Of a stretch of 64,000 bases of DNA, positions 39,609 to 57,296 are shown piece after piece. The translations under genes and the position numbers were made by a program. Positions within the stretch are counted from its first letter, which is position 1. Each line of letters opens with the position of its first letter. This stretch comes from the human T2T-CHM13v2.0 reference genome, Homo sapiens: NCBI RefSeq assembly GCF_009914755.1, contig NC_060925.1, one strand, 5' to 3'. Below the pieces are notes generated by a model. The model saw only the letters and a program-made list of their open reading frames with translations. It made no database searches and had not been told where the DNA came from.

Positions 39609-40390
39609 AACAATAAGAAAACAATCCAACTTAAAAATGGGCCAAAGACCTTAACAGATACTTTACCAAAGAAGATATGCAGATAGCAAATAAGCATATG
39701 AACAAATACTGTACATTATAGCTATCAGAGAAATGCAAATTAAAACAAGATACCACTACACATCTATTAGAATGGCCAAAATTGACAACACCAGATGCTG
39801 ACAAGGCCATAGAATAACAGGAACTCTCTTTCATTGCTAGTGGGAATACAAAATGGTAGAGTCACTTTAAAAGACAGTATGAGAGTTTCTTTCAAAACTA
39901 AGCAATGAAAAGAAATGAAGTATCAAGCCATAAAAAGAAGTAGAGGAACCCTGAAAGAAGTAATATTACTAAGTGAAATAAACCAATCTGAAAAGGTTAT
40001 ATAATGTATGATTCTAGCTATATGACATTCTGGAAAAGGCAAAACTATGGAGACAGTGAAAAGATTAGTGGTTGCCAGGGGTTACAGGAGAGGAAGGAAT
40101 GATTAGGAGGAGCACAGACGATTCTTAAGGCAGTGAAACTCCTCTGTATGATACTCTAATGGTGGATACATGCGCAAACCCAAGATGAAACTGGAATGTA
40201 AATTGTGGACTCTCGGTGATAATGATGTATCAATGTTCATCAGTTGTAGCTAATGGTGGGGATTTGATATTGGTGGGGATGCTATGCATCTGTGGAGGAA
40301 GGGAGTGTAAGTATAGAAGAAGTCTCTGTACTTTCTTTACAATTTTGCTGGGAACCTAGAACTGCCCCTAAAAATAGTATATTGAAAGAA
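39609..40390 (+). mobile_element. L1MC-like ORF2 end and 3'UTR with internal deletion
   Basis: AAATGGGCCAAAGACCTTAACAGATAC...GAAATGCAAATTAAAAC; TGACATTCTGGAAAAGGCAAAACTATGGAGACAG. Confidence 0.8.
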
Positions 40391-40454
40391 AATATCACCA
40401 AAGACAATGAATATTTTATACAAAAATATTTAAAATATTATTAAAGTTTTTATT

Positions 40455-40695
40455 AAATCATTCGATAAATATGCGTTTAATACCTACTCTGTCTAGACTC
40501 TGTCTAGTCCTGAGGATTTGTTTATAATCAGGACTGAAAATATCCCCACTCCCTCAGAGCTTACATTTAAGGAGAGCAGACAGAAAATAAACAAGAAAAG
40601 CCCTGCTGGTTTGAATGTGGGGCTGTGACAGGAAGACAGGATTCAAGATGATCTGAGCTACTGAGGCTATGATGTCATTTACTGAAGACGAGAGT
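40455..40695 (-). mobile_element. L2 fragments
   Basis: TCATTCGATAAATATGCG...CCTACTCTG...CCCTCAGAGCTTACATT. Confidence 0.6.
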
Positions 40696-40993
40696 GTTTA
40701 AGTGTGTCAAATGCATTGAGAGGGTATGGGGCAAGTAATACAGGTAAAATACATGTATGAAGGGAAAGTGTCAGAGGAACTGATATATGGCTAAAATACA
40801 CTGTGAAAAGTCAACTCACCATTTATCTCCAAGCCATGAAAAAAGGAAAATGTTCATTATGAAATTTTTGGTTTAATGTGTTAAGCATTATTTACCAGAG
40901 AAAAGATCTTTTAATAGTGAAGGATTTCCTGATCCTATAGTTCTTTGCAGCTTCAGGTTTGAATTTATTAACTTGCCAGAGATGCTGAAATAG

Positions 40994-41355
<362 letters not shown>

Positions 41356-41794
41356 TATTTGTATACAATTTTAAAAAGGGTTCCAAGCCTCTTCTGATTA
41401 CAATCATTGACTATACCTGGATGATGGATTAACCGTCAAAAATCGACATTTTCCTTTGAAGATGAATGAGAGAATACTTCAATCTAGGAAATAAGAGGTC
41501 ATCTTCAAATGTTTTAATCTCACACAGCTCAAACTTTTCTTTGTTAGTTATTTGTAGATTCATATAATGCTATTAAATGACAATCTATAGTATTATGGCT
41601 TATCAATATCAAGAAGGCAAAGTATATTTATACACTCATATACCTGAGGAAACAACCTGCACTCCTTAAATTCAAGTAGAGAACATTTTAAATAACATTT
41701 TATGTGGCAAAGTCATAAGAGGCTGTCTACAGTGTGCTTCCTGTTATCTTCTCCCCTCTTCTTCTGATGCCTTTCCCCATCTCCACCTGGTTTA

Positions 41795-42017
41795 TTCTTT
41801 TTTTAAATTTTTTTATTTTTATTTTATTTTATTTTATTTTTTTTGAGACAGGGTCTTGCTTTTTCACCCACACTGGAGTGCAACCAGCTCACTGCAACCT
41901 CTATCTCCCGGGTTCAAGCGATTCTCCTGCCTCACCCTCCTGAGTAGCTGGGATTACATGCACCCGCCACCATGCCCGGCTAATTTTTGTATTTTTAGTA
42001 GAGACAGGGTTTCACCT
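41795..42017 (-). mobile_element. 5'-truncated AluS (right arm plus linker)
   Basis: T-rich tail, GAGACAGGGTCTTGC...TAGTAGAGACAGGGTTTCACC, then an abrupt end. Confidence 0.85.
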
Positions 42018-42439
42018 TCTGTCTTCTACAATATCAACCTTGAAATTGTTTTTCCTCAATGCCCTTTATAATCCTATTTTCTCAACTGCCTAGTATATAC
42101 GTCTGCTACAATACCAAGACCCAAAATATTTTGATTCCCAAATCGCACACCGTATGTTGTCATATCCATAGGAGTGTTCCCTGTGCTTCCTTCTCTCATA
42201 GCTGCATCAAACATGTTTACTTACCTATGTCAAAGAATTATTGATTATTGATATTCAAGGCACTGTGGTAGGGACAGGAGAGTCAGGGATAAAGAAAATA
42301 GTCTCTATCTGAAGACCCCTTGAGGAATTAAAGCTTTTATAGCTAATACTCAATGTTTTTTAATTACATGAATAAATACATTTATTTGGAAACTAAATAG
42401 AATCACTATAATCACAGAGTTACTCGTAAAAACTGAACT

Positions 42440-42799
42440 TTGGTGATTATAAGACTGCCAGAATCACTTACTGTTTGTTCTAGCCAATACCTGGAGATTT
42501 GGCCTCTGTTTCCCCATCTCTGTGGGAGAGCAGGAGCCACATTTCAACAAGTGCCAGTTAGCAAACCCAGATGGGTTTCACATGCACCAACCCCCCTTCC
42601 CACTTACTGTAATTGTTCACTTCCCTAATTCTGCTAAACCCCTGACATTCCCTCTCCCTATTCCCTCATTCTTTCTTTAAAATACCCAATCACCCCTGCA
42701 TACATCGGAATGGAGCTGGGCTCTTTCCCCAACACTCAGTGGTTATTGAATAAAATCTGTATTCACTGCTTTAATGTCCAGCTGTGTTTATTTTTGACA
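42440..42799 (+). mobile_element. ERV1-type LTR, 3' portion (subfamily uncertain)
   Basis: AATAAAATCTG...TTTATTTTTGACA terminus and a TATA-like TTTAAAA. Confidence 0.55.
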
Positions 42800-43133
42800 G
42801 TGGTTCAATATAAAAATCATGAGGGTCCTTACAAGAACAGTGAGGCAGGAAGGTCAAAGAACAGATGTGATGACTGAAGCAGAGGTCAGAGTGGATGCAG
42901 CCAGGAGGTGAGGAATGTAGGCAGCTCTAGAAACTGGAAAAGGCATGGAAACTTTTCTCCCCCAGAGCCTGAAGAGGGAACTCAACCCTGCAGACACCTT
43001 GATGTTCGCCCTAGAAGATCCATTTCTGACCTCTGACCTTCAAAACGTCAATTTACTAAGATAATAAATTTGCATTATTTTAAGCCAATAAATTTGTGGT
43101 AATTTGTTACAACAGCAATAGGAAACTAACACA
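42800..43133 (+). mobile_element. MLT1D-like LTR, 3' portion
   Basis: CTAGAAACTGGAAAAGGCA...AATAAATTTGTGGTAATTTGTTACAACAGCAATAGGAAACTAACACA. Confidence 0.85.
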
Positions 43134-45490
43134 CCACCCATGCTACATGATTAGCTCAACAAAAATATCATATAACCACCCACAAGATAAGATTAAATTG
43201 GACTTTGGTGACCATGGAAGACCATGAACATGTAGCGGAGTGGCATCAACTTTTTTTAAAAAGAATATGTCTTCGAGCAGATCCATGATTCAAAATCAAA
43301 TACCTTTCTTTGGGAACGTGTAATACACATCAAATGCTAGAGCCCTTACAAAAGACTGAGTAGACCTTCTTGCCAAGCATTTAAAAGTGTTAAATCATGA
43401 TCACTTTCCACAGCACTTTTAACCAGCCTTATTCATCTTTACTGAACTTCATTCATTTCACAGTTTTTAAAGGAAAAATTTTGGCTATAGGATAATGCAC
43501 TCAATTAGCTCTGCTCATAGGAACAGAATAACACAATTACCTACTGTAAAACCACTACCAGCTTCTTATGAAACCTTCAAAAATTTGCTCATATTTGCTT
43601 GGTGTGCTTACCCCGAAGGGAAACAATGATGGGCTATTCTCCCAGAAACAGTGTAGAAATCGGGCAGGTAGAGGTCAGCAATTACATGTTGCCTCTATGT
43701 GGAGACCAGATGTGATTTCTATTTGGTAAATTAAGTTTCTCTCTCTGGAGTTTAGAGTGACTAAAGATGGTTCAATTTCAAACTGCTTTTTATTGTTGTT
43801 TCTTTGTCTTTAATCCCAAGAGGCAAAAATATAACCAATTTCACCCCAGTTTCTTTCCTATTTTTTAACTTACTGTTTTGATAGCTTCCCATAGTTAATG
43901 TCTTTCTTAATATTATGTAAAATATGCCTCTGTTCCAAGCTTCCCCAGTCATTAAGATGGCTCTTAACATTCCCGTTAATATGATATTTCTCTAATGTCC
44001 TTAACTGTATACTTTATAATCTCTAATAGTAATACCGGTTTCTCACAAAGCCGTTTCCCTGAGGCACACTTAATATAATCAGATTGGGCCCATTTGTATT
44101 CTGCTGCATTTTTGCCTTCCACATCTAAGGAAATAACTGGAAAATCACTTATATTCAGGGCACTTCCTGATGTTGGTCTAGGTTCAGGGATATTAACAAT
44201 TCAAACTGCATGAACACTTGCAGTAAGGGAAATGGAAATTATATTTTTCTGGGAACTCATGTTTTGTCACCATTAAATCATACTATGAAATGATTTCAGG
44301 TTGGAAAGATTCCATTTCTGCTACGTTGGCTTCACAGCTTCAACTGGGCATTTTCCTTCTAACTATAAACATCCTTTAGCTTAGTTTAAATTTAAATTAA
44401 TTTCAGTGGGAAAGCAGGTAAAGAAAAATATTATGTTTAAACTGCAAGTTTGGAAGAGACTCTGTTGTTATGTCCCTTTGCAGATTTTGTAATGGCAAAA
44501 TTGTATTGACTCTGCAAACAACTCTCCTTTTTAACAGATGTGCATGATACACATGGTTTAGGAAAGGAAACCAATTACGGTCTCAGATCCATTGGTAATG
44601 AAGTAATGTCTCCAAATTACCATTGACACTCTACCTTCTTTGATGACAAGTCTCACAAAAGCAAAGGCTAAATGAATAAATCTATTACTTCAGTGTGTGG
44701 AGGGTTATAACCGGTATTTCCCCTTATGAGTGTCTTAATCTTTGATTAATTAAAGACCCAGTAGGAGAAAACAGAACTGGACAACTTAATTGTGAAGCAT
44801 TGGGCTGCAACAGTAAGTTTCTAATAAACTCTGCCTTTAAAGAAATGCAAACTATTCTTCTAGAAAGGAAAATTAGTTTGGTTATCCATCATGGTTTGGA
44901 AGAGTGAGGTATTGGCTAACAACTTATTTCCACTAATAAAGAATGTATAAATATGCCATATCCAGATAGCTAATTTTATGCAAGAACTTTAAAGGTAATA
45001 AAATATAATTAATTTATAAAAATTATATATGGTATGGACTTGTGCTTGTAGAAATGGCAGACCAAGTTTCCCACTGAAGACAACTAGAAAAGCTGGACAG
45101 TTTTTTTTTTAAACTGCTTGATGGAATCACAGAGCTAAAAATATATGAGGAAGTACTGAGCCAAAAGCCCAGAGAGGACCACTTTTCCCTTGGAGATGTT
45201 TGCCAATCCTGGACGGTTCCCATGTCAATCCCAGAGGAGGAGTCTGAGGGGTTGAACAGTGCTTTTAATATATATATATTTATTTATTATACTTTAAGTT
45301 CTCGGGTACATGTGCACAACGTGCAGGTTTGTTACATATGTATACATGTGCCATGTTGGTGTGCTGCACCCAGTAACTCGTCATTTAACATTAGGTATAT
45401 CTCCAAATGCTGTCCCTCCCCCCTCCCCCAACCCCACAACAGACCCCGGTGTGTGATGTTCCCCTTCCTGTGTCCATGTGTTCTCATTGT

Positions 45491-49316
<3,826 letters not shown>

Positions 49317-49379
49317 TGTGATGTTAGCTGGTTATTTTGCTTGTTCATTGATGTGGTTGCTTCCTAGCATCAATGGTCT

Positions 49380-50389
49380 TTACAATTTCGCATGTTTTTG
49401 CAGTGGCTGGTACTGGTTGTTCCTTTCCATGTTTAGTGCTTCCTTCAGGAGCTCTTTTAGGGCAGGCCTGGTGGTGACAAAATCTCTCAGCATTTGCTTG
49501 TCGGTAAAGGATTTTATTTCTCCTTCACTTATGAAGCTTAGTTTGGCTGGATATGAAATTCTGGATTCAAAATTCTTTTCTTTAAGAACTTTGAATATTG
49601 GCCCCCACTCTCTTCTGTCTTGTAGAGTTTCTGCCGAGAGATCAGCTGTTAGTCTGATGGGCTTCCCTTTGTGGGTAACCCGACCTTTCTCTATGGCTGC
49701 CCTTAACATTTTCTCTTTCATTTCAACTTTGGTGAATCTGACAATTATGTGTCTTGGAATTGCTCTTCTCAAGGAGTATCTTTGTGGCGTTCTCTGTATT
49801 TCCTGAATTTGAATGTTGGCCTGCCTTGCTAGGTTGGGGAAGTTCTCCTGGATAATATCCTAAAGAGTGTTTTCCAACTTGGTTCCATTCTCCCCATCAT
49901 TTTCAGGTACACCAATCAGACGTAGATTTGGTCTTTTCACATAGTCCCATATTTCTTGGAGGCTTTGTTCATTTCTTTTTGTTCTTTTTTCTCTAAACTT
50001 CTCTTCTCACTTCATTTCATTCATTTGTTCTTCAATCACTGATACCCTTTCTTCCAGTTGATCGAATCGGCTACGTGCATTCGTCACGTAGTTCTCATGC
50101 CATGGTTTTCAGCTCCATCAGGTCATTTAAGGATTTCTCTACATTGGTTATTCTAGTTAGCTATTCATCTAATCTTTTTTTCAAGATTTTTAACTTCTTT
50201 GCGATGAGTTTGAACTTCCTCCTTTAGCTCGGAGAAGTTTGATTGTCTGAAGCCTTCTTCTCTCAACTTGTCAAAGTCATTCTCTACCCAGCTTTGTTCT
50301 GTTGTTGGTGAGGAGCTGCGTTCCTTTGGAGGAGGAGAGGCGGTCTGATTTTTAGAATTTTCAGTTCTTCTGTTCTGTTTTTTCCCCAT
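49380..50389 (-). pseudogene. L1 ORF1 (RNA-binding protein), disrupted
   Basis: MGKKQNRRTEN... (50165..50389) and ...PRHIIVRF...YPAKLSF...LQKHAKL (49380..49772) are separate ORFs. Confidence 0.95.
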
Positions 50390-51407
50390 CTTTGTGGTTT
50401 TATCTACCTTTGGTCTTTGATGATGGTGACATACAGATGGGGTTTTGGTGTGGATGTCCTTTCTGTTTGTTAGTTTTCCTTCTAACAGTCAGGACCCTCA
50501 ACTGCAGGTCTGTTGGAGTTTGCTGGAGGTCCACTCCGGACCCTGTTTTCCTGGGTATCAGCAGCAGAGGCTGGAGAACAGTGAATATTGGTGAACAGCA
50601 AATGTTGCTGTCTGATCGTTCCTCTGGAGGTTTCCTCTCAGAGGGGTACCCGGCCGTGTGAGGTGTCAGTCTGCCCCTACTAGGGGGTGCCTCCCTGTTA
50701 GGTTACTTGGGGGTCAGGGACCCACTTGAGGAGGCAGTCTGTCCGTTCTCAGATCTCAAACTCCATGCTGGGAGAGCCACTACTCTCTTCAAAGCTGTCA
50801 GACAGGGACATTTAAGTCTGCAGAGGTTTCTGCTGCCTTTTGTTCAGCTATGCCCTGCCCCCAGAGGTGGAGTCTACAGAGGCAGGCAGGCCTCCTTGAG
50901 CTGTGGTGGGCTCCACCCAGTTCAAGCTTCCTGGCTGCTTTGTTTATCTACTCAAGCCTCAGCAATGGAGGACGCCCCTCCCCCAGCCTCACTGCCACCT
51001 TGCAGTTCGATCTCAGACTGCTGTGCTAGCAATGAGCGAGGCTCTGTGGGCATGGGACCCTCCAAGCCAGGCACGGGATATAATCTCCTGGTGTGCCATT
51101 TGCTAAGACCATTGGAAAAGCACAGTATTAGGGTGGGAGTTACCTGATTTTCCAGGTGCCGTCTGTCACAGCTTTGCTTGGCTATGAAAGAGAATTCCCT
51201 GACCCCTTGCACTTCCCAGGTGAGGCGATGCCTCGCCCTGCTTCAGCTCACGCTCAGTGTGCTGCACCCACTGTCCTGCACCCACTGTCTGACAAGCCCC
51301 AGTGAGATGAACCTGATACCTCAGTTGGAAAGGCAGAAATCACCCATCTTCTGCGTTGCTCACACGGGGAGCTGTAGACTGGAGCTGTTCCTATTCGGCC
51401 ATCTTGG
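50390..51407 (-). promoter_or_regulatory. L1 5'UTR internal sense/antisense promoter with intact YY1 site
   Basis: YY1 motif CAAGATGGCC on the minus strand (51397-51406). Many CpGs have decayed, so activity is unknown. Confidence 0.7.
50965..51147 (+). pseudogene. L1 ORF0 homologue (60 aa, truncated)
   Basis: MEDAPPPASLPPCSSISDCCASNERGSVG...IRVGVT* matches primate antisense ORF0. GCAATGG Kozak context. CGA>TGA stop. Confidence 0.8.
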
Positions 51408-51707
51408 TGAACAGTGCTTTTAAAAGAGTCACAGGGTTTGAAGAATGGAAATGAGATCCAGAACTTGCTAAAAGAGTGTCTAATGAACCTTCTTTCTTTG
51501 GTTCCAGACAGTGTTCCCTCCTAGGAGCAGAGTGAACTGGAAGTGGATGGCCCTCACAGAAACTAAAGCTCAGCTTCAAATTAGTTCAATGCGTAAAGTT
51601 GGAACAATATGAAGAAGCCAGACGAAAGTAAATGTAAATCCACTCTAGAAGATTAGATCTTCCTGGAACTCCAATTGTTTCTGTAATTTTGCAAATTCAA
51701 AGTCTGG

Positions 51708-51708
51708 C

Positions 51709-51741
<33 letters not shown>
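51708..51741. repeat. (AAT)n microsatellite
   Basis: Seen directly. Confidence 0.95.
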
Positions 51742-51743
<2 letters not shown>

Positions 51744-52309
51744 CAGTTCCATGAAAGGACCGCCCAACATGAATGAAAACTAGCAGAAAAAAAAAACAAA
51801 AAACAGTCCTACAGGGGACTCAGATAGTGGCATTATCAGACACGGACTCAGTACGTGCTGAAAAAGAAACAAAAGACTTTGATCTCTGGAGCTATGCAGG
51901 TGAGAAAGGGACAGGATTACTGGAATATCAAACTGCTGCTTCTAGATACAAGCCAACCCAGAACATGTCTCCTCTTCCCTAGTCCCTCTTTAGAACCACT
52001 CGGCATAAACCCAAACATTAGAGGAAGCCCCTCCCTTCTACCCCAGGCTAAAAGCTCTATGATTCCTTCCAGGTTCATTCCCTCTTTCTGGCAGCAAACT
52101 AAACAAATAAGCCTAATTTTAACTACAAGCGCATTTCTTGTAGTCTTTTGTTAGGGGTTTTGACCCAATTCAGTGAAAGAGTCACACTAATTTTTCTCCA
52201 TAAGGGATAGGTGGGAAGAGAGAGAGAGAAAAAGCTGTAAATTCTAGATGATAATTACCATCAATTTAAACAATGCAAGATTTAAGTGACAAACTATTAG
52301 GACTAAATG

Positions 52310-52912
52310 ACATAAGTGGCCCTACAGTACCATGTGGCTCCTGCTTCATTTCTTTCCAACTCTGGGGGCCAAACCACACCAAAAATCATTCATTTTCTTG
52401 AATGTCCTTCTCTTGATACTTAAAGTGTGGAATGTGAACCAGCGACATCAGTATCACTTGTAAGCAGATTCCACTTCAGATTCATTGCCTGTTAATAAGA
52501 TCCCCCCAGACAATTCTTATGCACACTAAAGTGTGAGAAGCGCTACCCTGCACAACTCTGCATCTTAGGAACATTGCAAATGCTCTTTCCTTTTCTAGGA
52601 AACAGTTATCTTGTCCACCTCCCTTCACCTTATTAATTTCTCAACTCAAATATTTCAACTAAAACTCAAACTTCCCTGACATTTTAGACTATAACAGGAG
52701 CCTCACATGCATACTCTTTGAGCACCTGTACTGTTTTGTCATAGCATTTGCCACAGAGCATTTTTAAACACGGACTTGTATGACTATGTATTTAATGTCT
52801 GGCTCCTCCAGTTCATAAAGTTCTTAAGGGACCATGACTTTTTCGTTCACTTTGGTTTCCAGTGCACAAAGCCTAGATTACAGTAGGCATTCAGTATGTT
52901 TTAGTAGAATGA
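52310..52912 (+). mobile_element. L2 3' region containing a MER5-type DNA-transposon fragment (about 52418-52545)
   Basis: L2 end CAGTGCACAAAGCCTAG...TAGGCATTCAGTATG...GAATGAA. MER5 motif TTATGCACACTAAAGTGTGAGAAGC. Confidence 0.6.
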
Positions 52913-53109
52913 AAAAATATATTAGAAAGTCTGATCTACATGGCATCCTTCTATTGATTATTAAAAGGACTCATCATTATAACTCACACCTGGCTTCAAT
53001 TATACAGTTAATTCATATGACAAAATAATTTAATCTGCAAAAAATGTCCTCTATTATTCATTATCCTAAACAGGTTTCTGTTTGATTTTGTTTTCAGATA
53101 TAATAGTGA

Positions 53110-53445
<336 letters not shown>

Positions 53446-54104
53446 TGAAGCTTTAAAATATTCCAGTGCCTGGGCTGCATCATCCTCAGAGATTCTGATT
53501 TTATCAGCCCAGCTACTGATGAAAATGTTACCCTCAGCACTCAATTGGACAAGACTTCAAAATTAACAGAAAATAGAAAGTAATGTTACCTTTCAGTATT
53601 CAATACATTATAAAGCAGTAATAAAGGCAAAATTTGTCTTAAGCTAAAGTTGCTAAATTACTACCTAAAAATGATGAAGTCAAAAAGAATTATATAAAAC
53701 TTCAAGAATCAGTCTTGCATTGCCTATTGTACAAAATCTGAAAAGTTATTTCCTATATTGTGTCTAATTGTCTAGTTTTGAGAGTTAGAGGGCTAGTTCA
53801 GCATCAAATATTCCCTTCTGCCGGAAAGCAGACGTCTCACTATTATTTTGTTTCAGGAGTATCTTTTTATATAGCACATAGAAAAATTTAGCTTTTATTT
53901 TGTTTGTTTTTTAATAATCACCTAAGAATCTCTCTGTTTTACAATGGGTGAGTGTAACTCATTTATACTTACCATTTTTATTGCTATATTTGGATTTGGT
54001 CTTGACATTTTAATATTTGGCTTTCTACTGACTACAATTTTTTTTTCCTGTTTACCTATCTCCTGTCATTTGTTGAATTGTTCAGATTTTCTTTGTTCCA
54101 TTTT

Positions 54105-54589
54105 CTTTTTTTTCTTTCCTTTTTTTATTATTATTATACTTTTAGGTTCTGGGGTACAAGTGCAGAACGTGCAGGTTAGTTACATAGGTATACAAATGCC
54201 ATGGTGGTTTGCTGCACCCATCAACCCGTCACCTACATTAGGTATTTTTCCTAATGTTATCCCTCCCCTAGCCCCCCACTCCCCTGACAGACCCCAGTGT
54301 GTGATGTTCCCCTCCCTGTGTCCATGTGTTCTCATTGTTCAACTCCCACTTATGAGTGAGAACATGTGGTGTTTGGTTTTCTGCTCTTGTGTCAGTTTGC
54401 TGAGAATGATGGTTTCCAGCTTCATCCATGTCCCTGCAAAGGACATGAACTCATCCTTTTTTATTGCTGCATAGTATTCCATGGTGTATATATGCCACAT
54501 TTTCTTAATACAGTCTATTATTGATGGGCATTTGGGTTGGTTCCAAGTCTTTGCTATTGTGAATAGTGCCACAGTAAACACATGTGTAT
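54105..54589 (-). mobile_element. 5'-truncated L1PA7/8-like 3' end
   Basis: ORF 54339..54581 is the ORF2 C-terminus (...LSKLTQEQKTKH). 3'UTR and T tail present. Confidence 0.92.
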
Positions 54590-54665
54590 GGTTTAGAATT
54601 CATACATTCTATCTTTATTCTTCCATAAGTCAACCTTAAATTTTAACACAAATACTTAAAGCTAT

Positions 54666-55102
54666 TGTATTAGTTTCCTACTGTTGCTATAACAAATTAC
54701 CGAAAACTTTACAGCTTAAAACAACAGAGCACTATTATAGTTCTGGAGGTCAGAAGTCCAAAATGCCTTGGCAAGGCTGTTTTACTTCTGGAGAACATAA
54801 TGCATGTTCCTGCTTTTTCTAACTTCCTATTAGCTTCCCACGTTCTTTAGCGCATGGTCCCACGTCACTCTGACTTCTCTGCATCTGTTGTCACATCTCC
54901 TCTCTTTCCTTTCTTTATTAATCCTTCTTATATGGAACCTTTGGATAGCATTGTGCTTACCTGGATAATACAGGAAAACCTTTCAATGTCAATATTCTTA
55001 AATTAATCACACCTTAAAAAATATTTTTGCCATATAAGGTAATATATTTATGGGTTTGTGGGATTCAGATGTAGACATCTTTAAGCAGTCATTATTCAAC
55101 CT
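54666..55102 (-). mobile_element. MLT1B/C-like LTR
   Basis: TGTATTAGTTTCCTACTGTTGCTATAACAAATTACC...AGTTCTGGAGGTCAGAAGTCC. Confidence 0.8.
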
Positions 55103-55735
55103 AAAGTTTATTTCTAAAGAGGCATATCTTGCCTTTAAGCAATATAGAAATCTTAATACTTTCCTCCATTCACAAACACTTCAAAGCCACCAACCTCTCA
55201 TATTGGTATTTCAATTTTTCGCAAATTTTTACTTAAAAATGTGTTTATACTTAGGGTTTGTTTACAACTAATATTATGTTTATTGATTTCTTTGCTTACA
55301 TTGTTCTTTGCAACTTACTTATTCCTCTAGAATTTTTGAATTTGGATTTCTTTAATACGGCATATCTCATAGTAATTGATTTAGAGACAGTATCCTAAAT
55401 GTCTGAGTCTTTGCTTAAATGAAAACCTCTTTATTTTGCACTCACAGTTGAAGGATAATTTTGCACTCACAGTTGAAGGATAATTGGTTAGAATTTTATC
55501 TTGAGGGATATTCCCCAAAAACTTTTGAGATTATCCACTGTCATCTTAGATAGTTCTGATTTAATTTTCTTTTTCATTCCTTTGTAGTAAATCTGTTTTT
55601 ACCTCTCTCAAAACTTTAAGTAAGGTTTTTCCCCATAATTTATATGTGTGGTGTTTTAATTAGTAGAATTTTTTAGCAACTAGTTGACCTTTTTCATGTG
55701 TTAAATCATGTTTTTCTTTAATTCTGGGAATGTTT

Positions 55736-56976
55736 TATACTTCACACAATATATAAAAATATACAAAAATTAACTCTAAATGGAACAGCCACCTTAATAT
55801 AAGAGCTAAAAATATAAAACTCTTAAAGGAAAACATAGGAATAAATCTTCACTAACTTGGATTTGGTTATAAATTCTTAGACATGATACCAAAAGCATGA
55901 GCAAAAAAAGAAAAAAAGATAAATTGGAATTCACCAAACTCAAAAACTTTCACGCATCAAAGGATATTATCAAGAAAGTTAAAAGAAAACCTACTATATA
56001 TATATATGTATATATATATATGTATATATGTATATATATATATATATATATGTTTGCAAATCATATCTGATGAAGGCCTAGTATCCAGAATATATAAAGA
56101 ACTCTTACATTTCAACAACAAAAAGCCAAACAACCCAATTTTTAAAATGAGCATAGGGCTTGAATAAACATTTCTCCATAAAAGATATGCAAGTGGCCAA
56201 TAAACACATAAAAAGATGCTCAGGAGCACTAGTTGTTAGGAAAACAAAAATTGAAACCACAATAAGCCCCACTTCACATCCACTAGGATGACTATGATTT
56301 AAAAACAGAAAATAACAAGTGTTGATGAGGATGTAGGAAATTGGAACACATACATAGATGGTGGGAATGCAAAATGGTTCAGACTCTGTACAAAACAGTT
56401 TGGCAGTTTTTTAAAAGTTAAACATATAATTACTATATGACCCTGCAATTCCACTCCTTAGTATATATCCTCCCAAACAATGAAATCCAGTGTTCAAACA
56501 AGTACATGCACACACATGTTCATAGCAGCACTACTCGCAATATGCAAAATGTAGGAATAACAAAATGACTCAAATTCCATCAAGGGATAAATGAATAAAC
56601 AAATTGTAATATACAATGGAAGATCATTCAAAAATGAAGTACTGATACATGCTCCAATGTGGATAAACTTCAAAACCATGTTAAGTGAAAGGAATCAGAC
56701 ACAAAAGATCACATATTGTATAACTTCAGTCCTATGAAATATCTAGCATAGAGACATCCACGGAGACAATGCAGATTGGTGGTTGCCAGGAGCTGAGGAA
56801 AGCGGGAGTGAGAAGAAACTGCTTAATTGGTAAGAGCTTTTGCTTTGGACTAATCGAAATGTTCTGGAACTAAATAGAGGTGTTGGTCACACAACATTGT
56901 TAATGTACTAAATGCCACTTAATTGCTCACTTTAATTGTTTAATTTTACGTTATGTGAATTTTACTTTAATAAACA
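55736..56976 (+). mobile_element. L1MB-like ORF2 3' part and 3'UTR, with (TA)n at about 55994-56052
   Basis: ACAAAAATTAACTCTAAATGG...GATAAATTGG...; 3' end GTTAATGTACTAAATGCCACT...TTATGTGAATTTTAC...AATAAA. Confidence 0.85.
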
Positions 56977-57264
56977 AAATTTACCTGGTGACTGACTTCT
57001 ACTTTCATTTCTGGACAAGATGGAGTAGACATAATTTCTCCTTTCCTCCCATTAAATATACAGCTAACAACCCTGGAAGTTACTTATTAAACAAACATGA
57101 GAAGTCTCCAAATGGTGGAAGAAGAAAGTCAGACTGTCTAGGGACATTAGGGCGTGAGAAGCAACACGGGAGTATATTTCCTAAGTTTTCATTTTGCTTC
57201 ATACGTCTTGGATGGGGTGATAGAGATGGAGATGCCAGCAACTTGGAAATCCCAACAGCTACAG

Positions 57265-57296
<32 letters not shown>

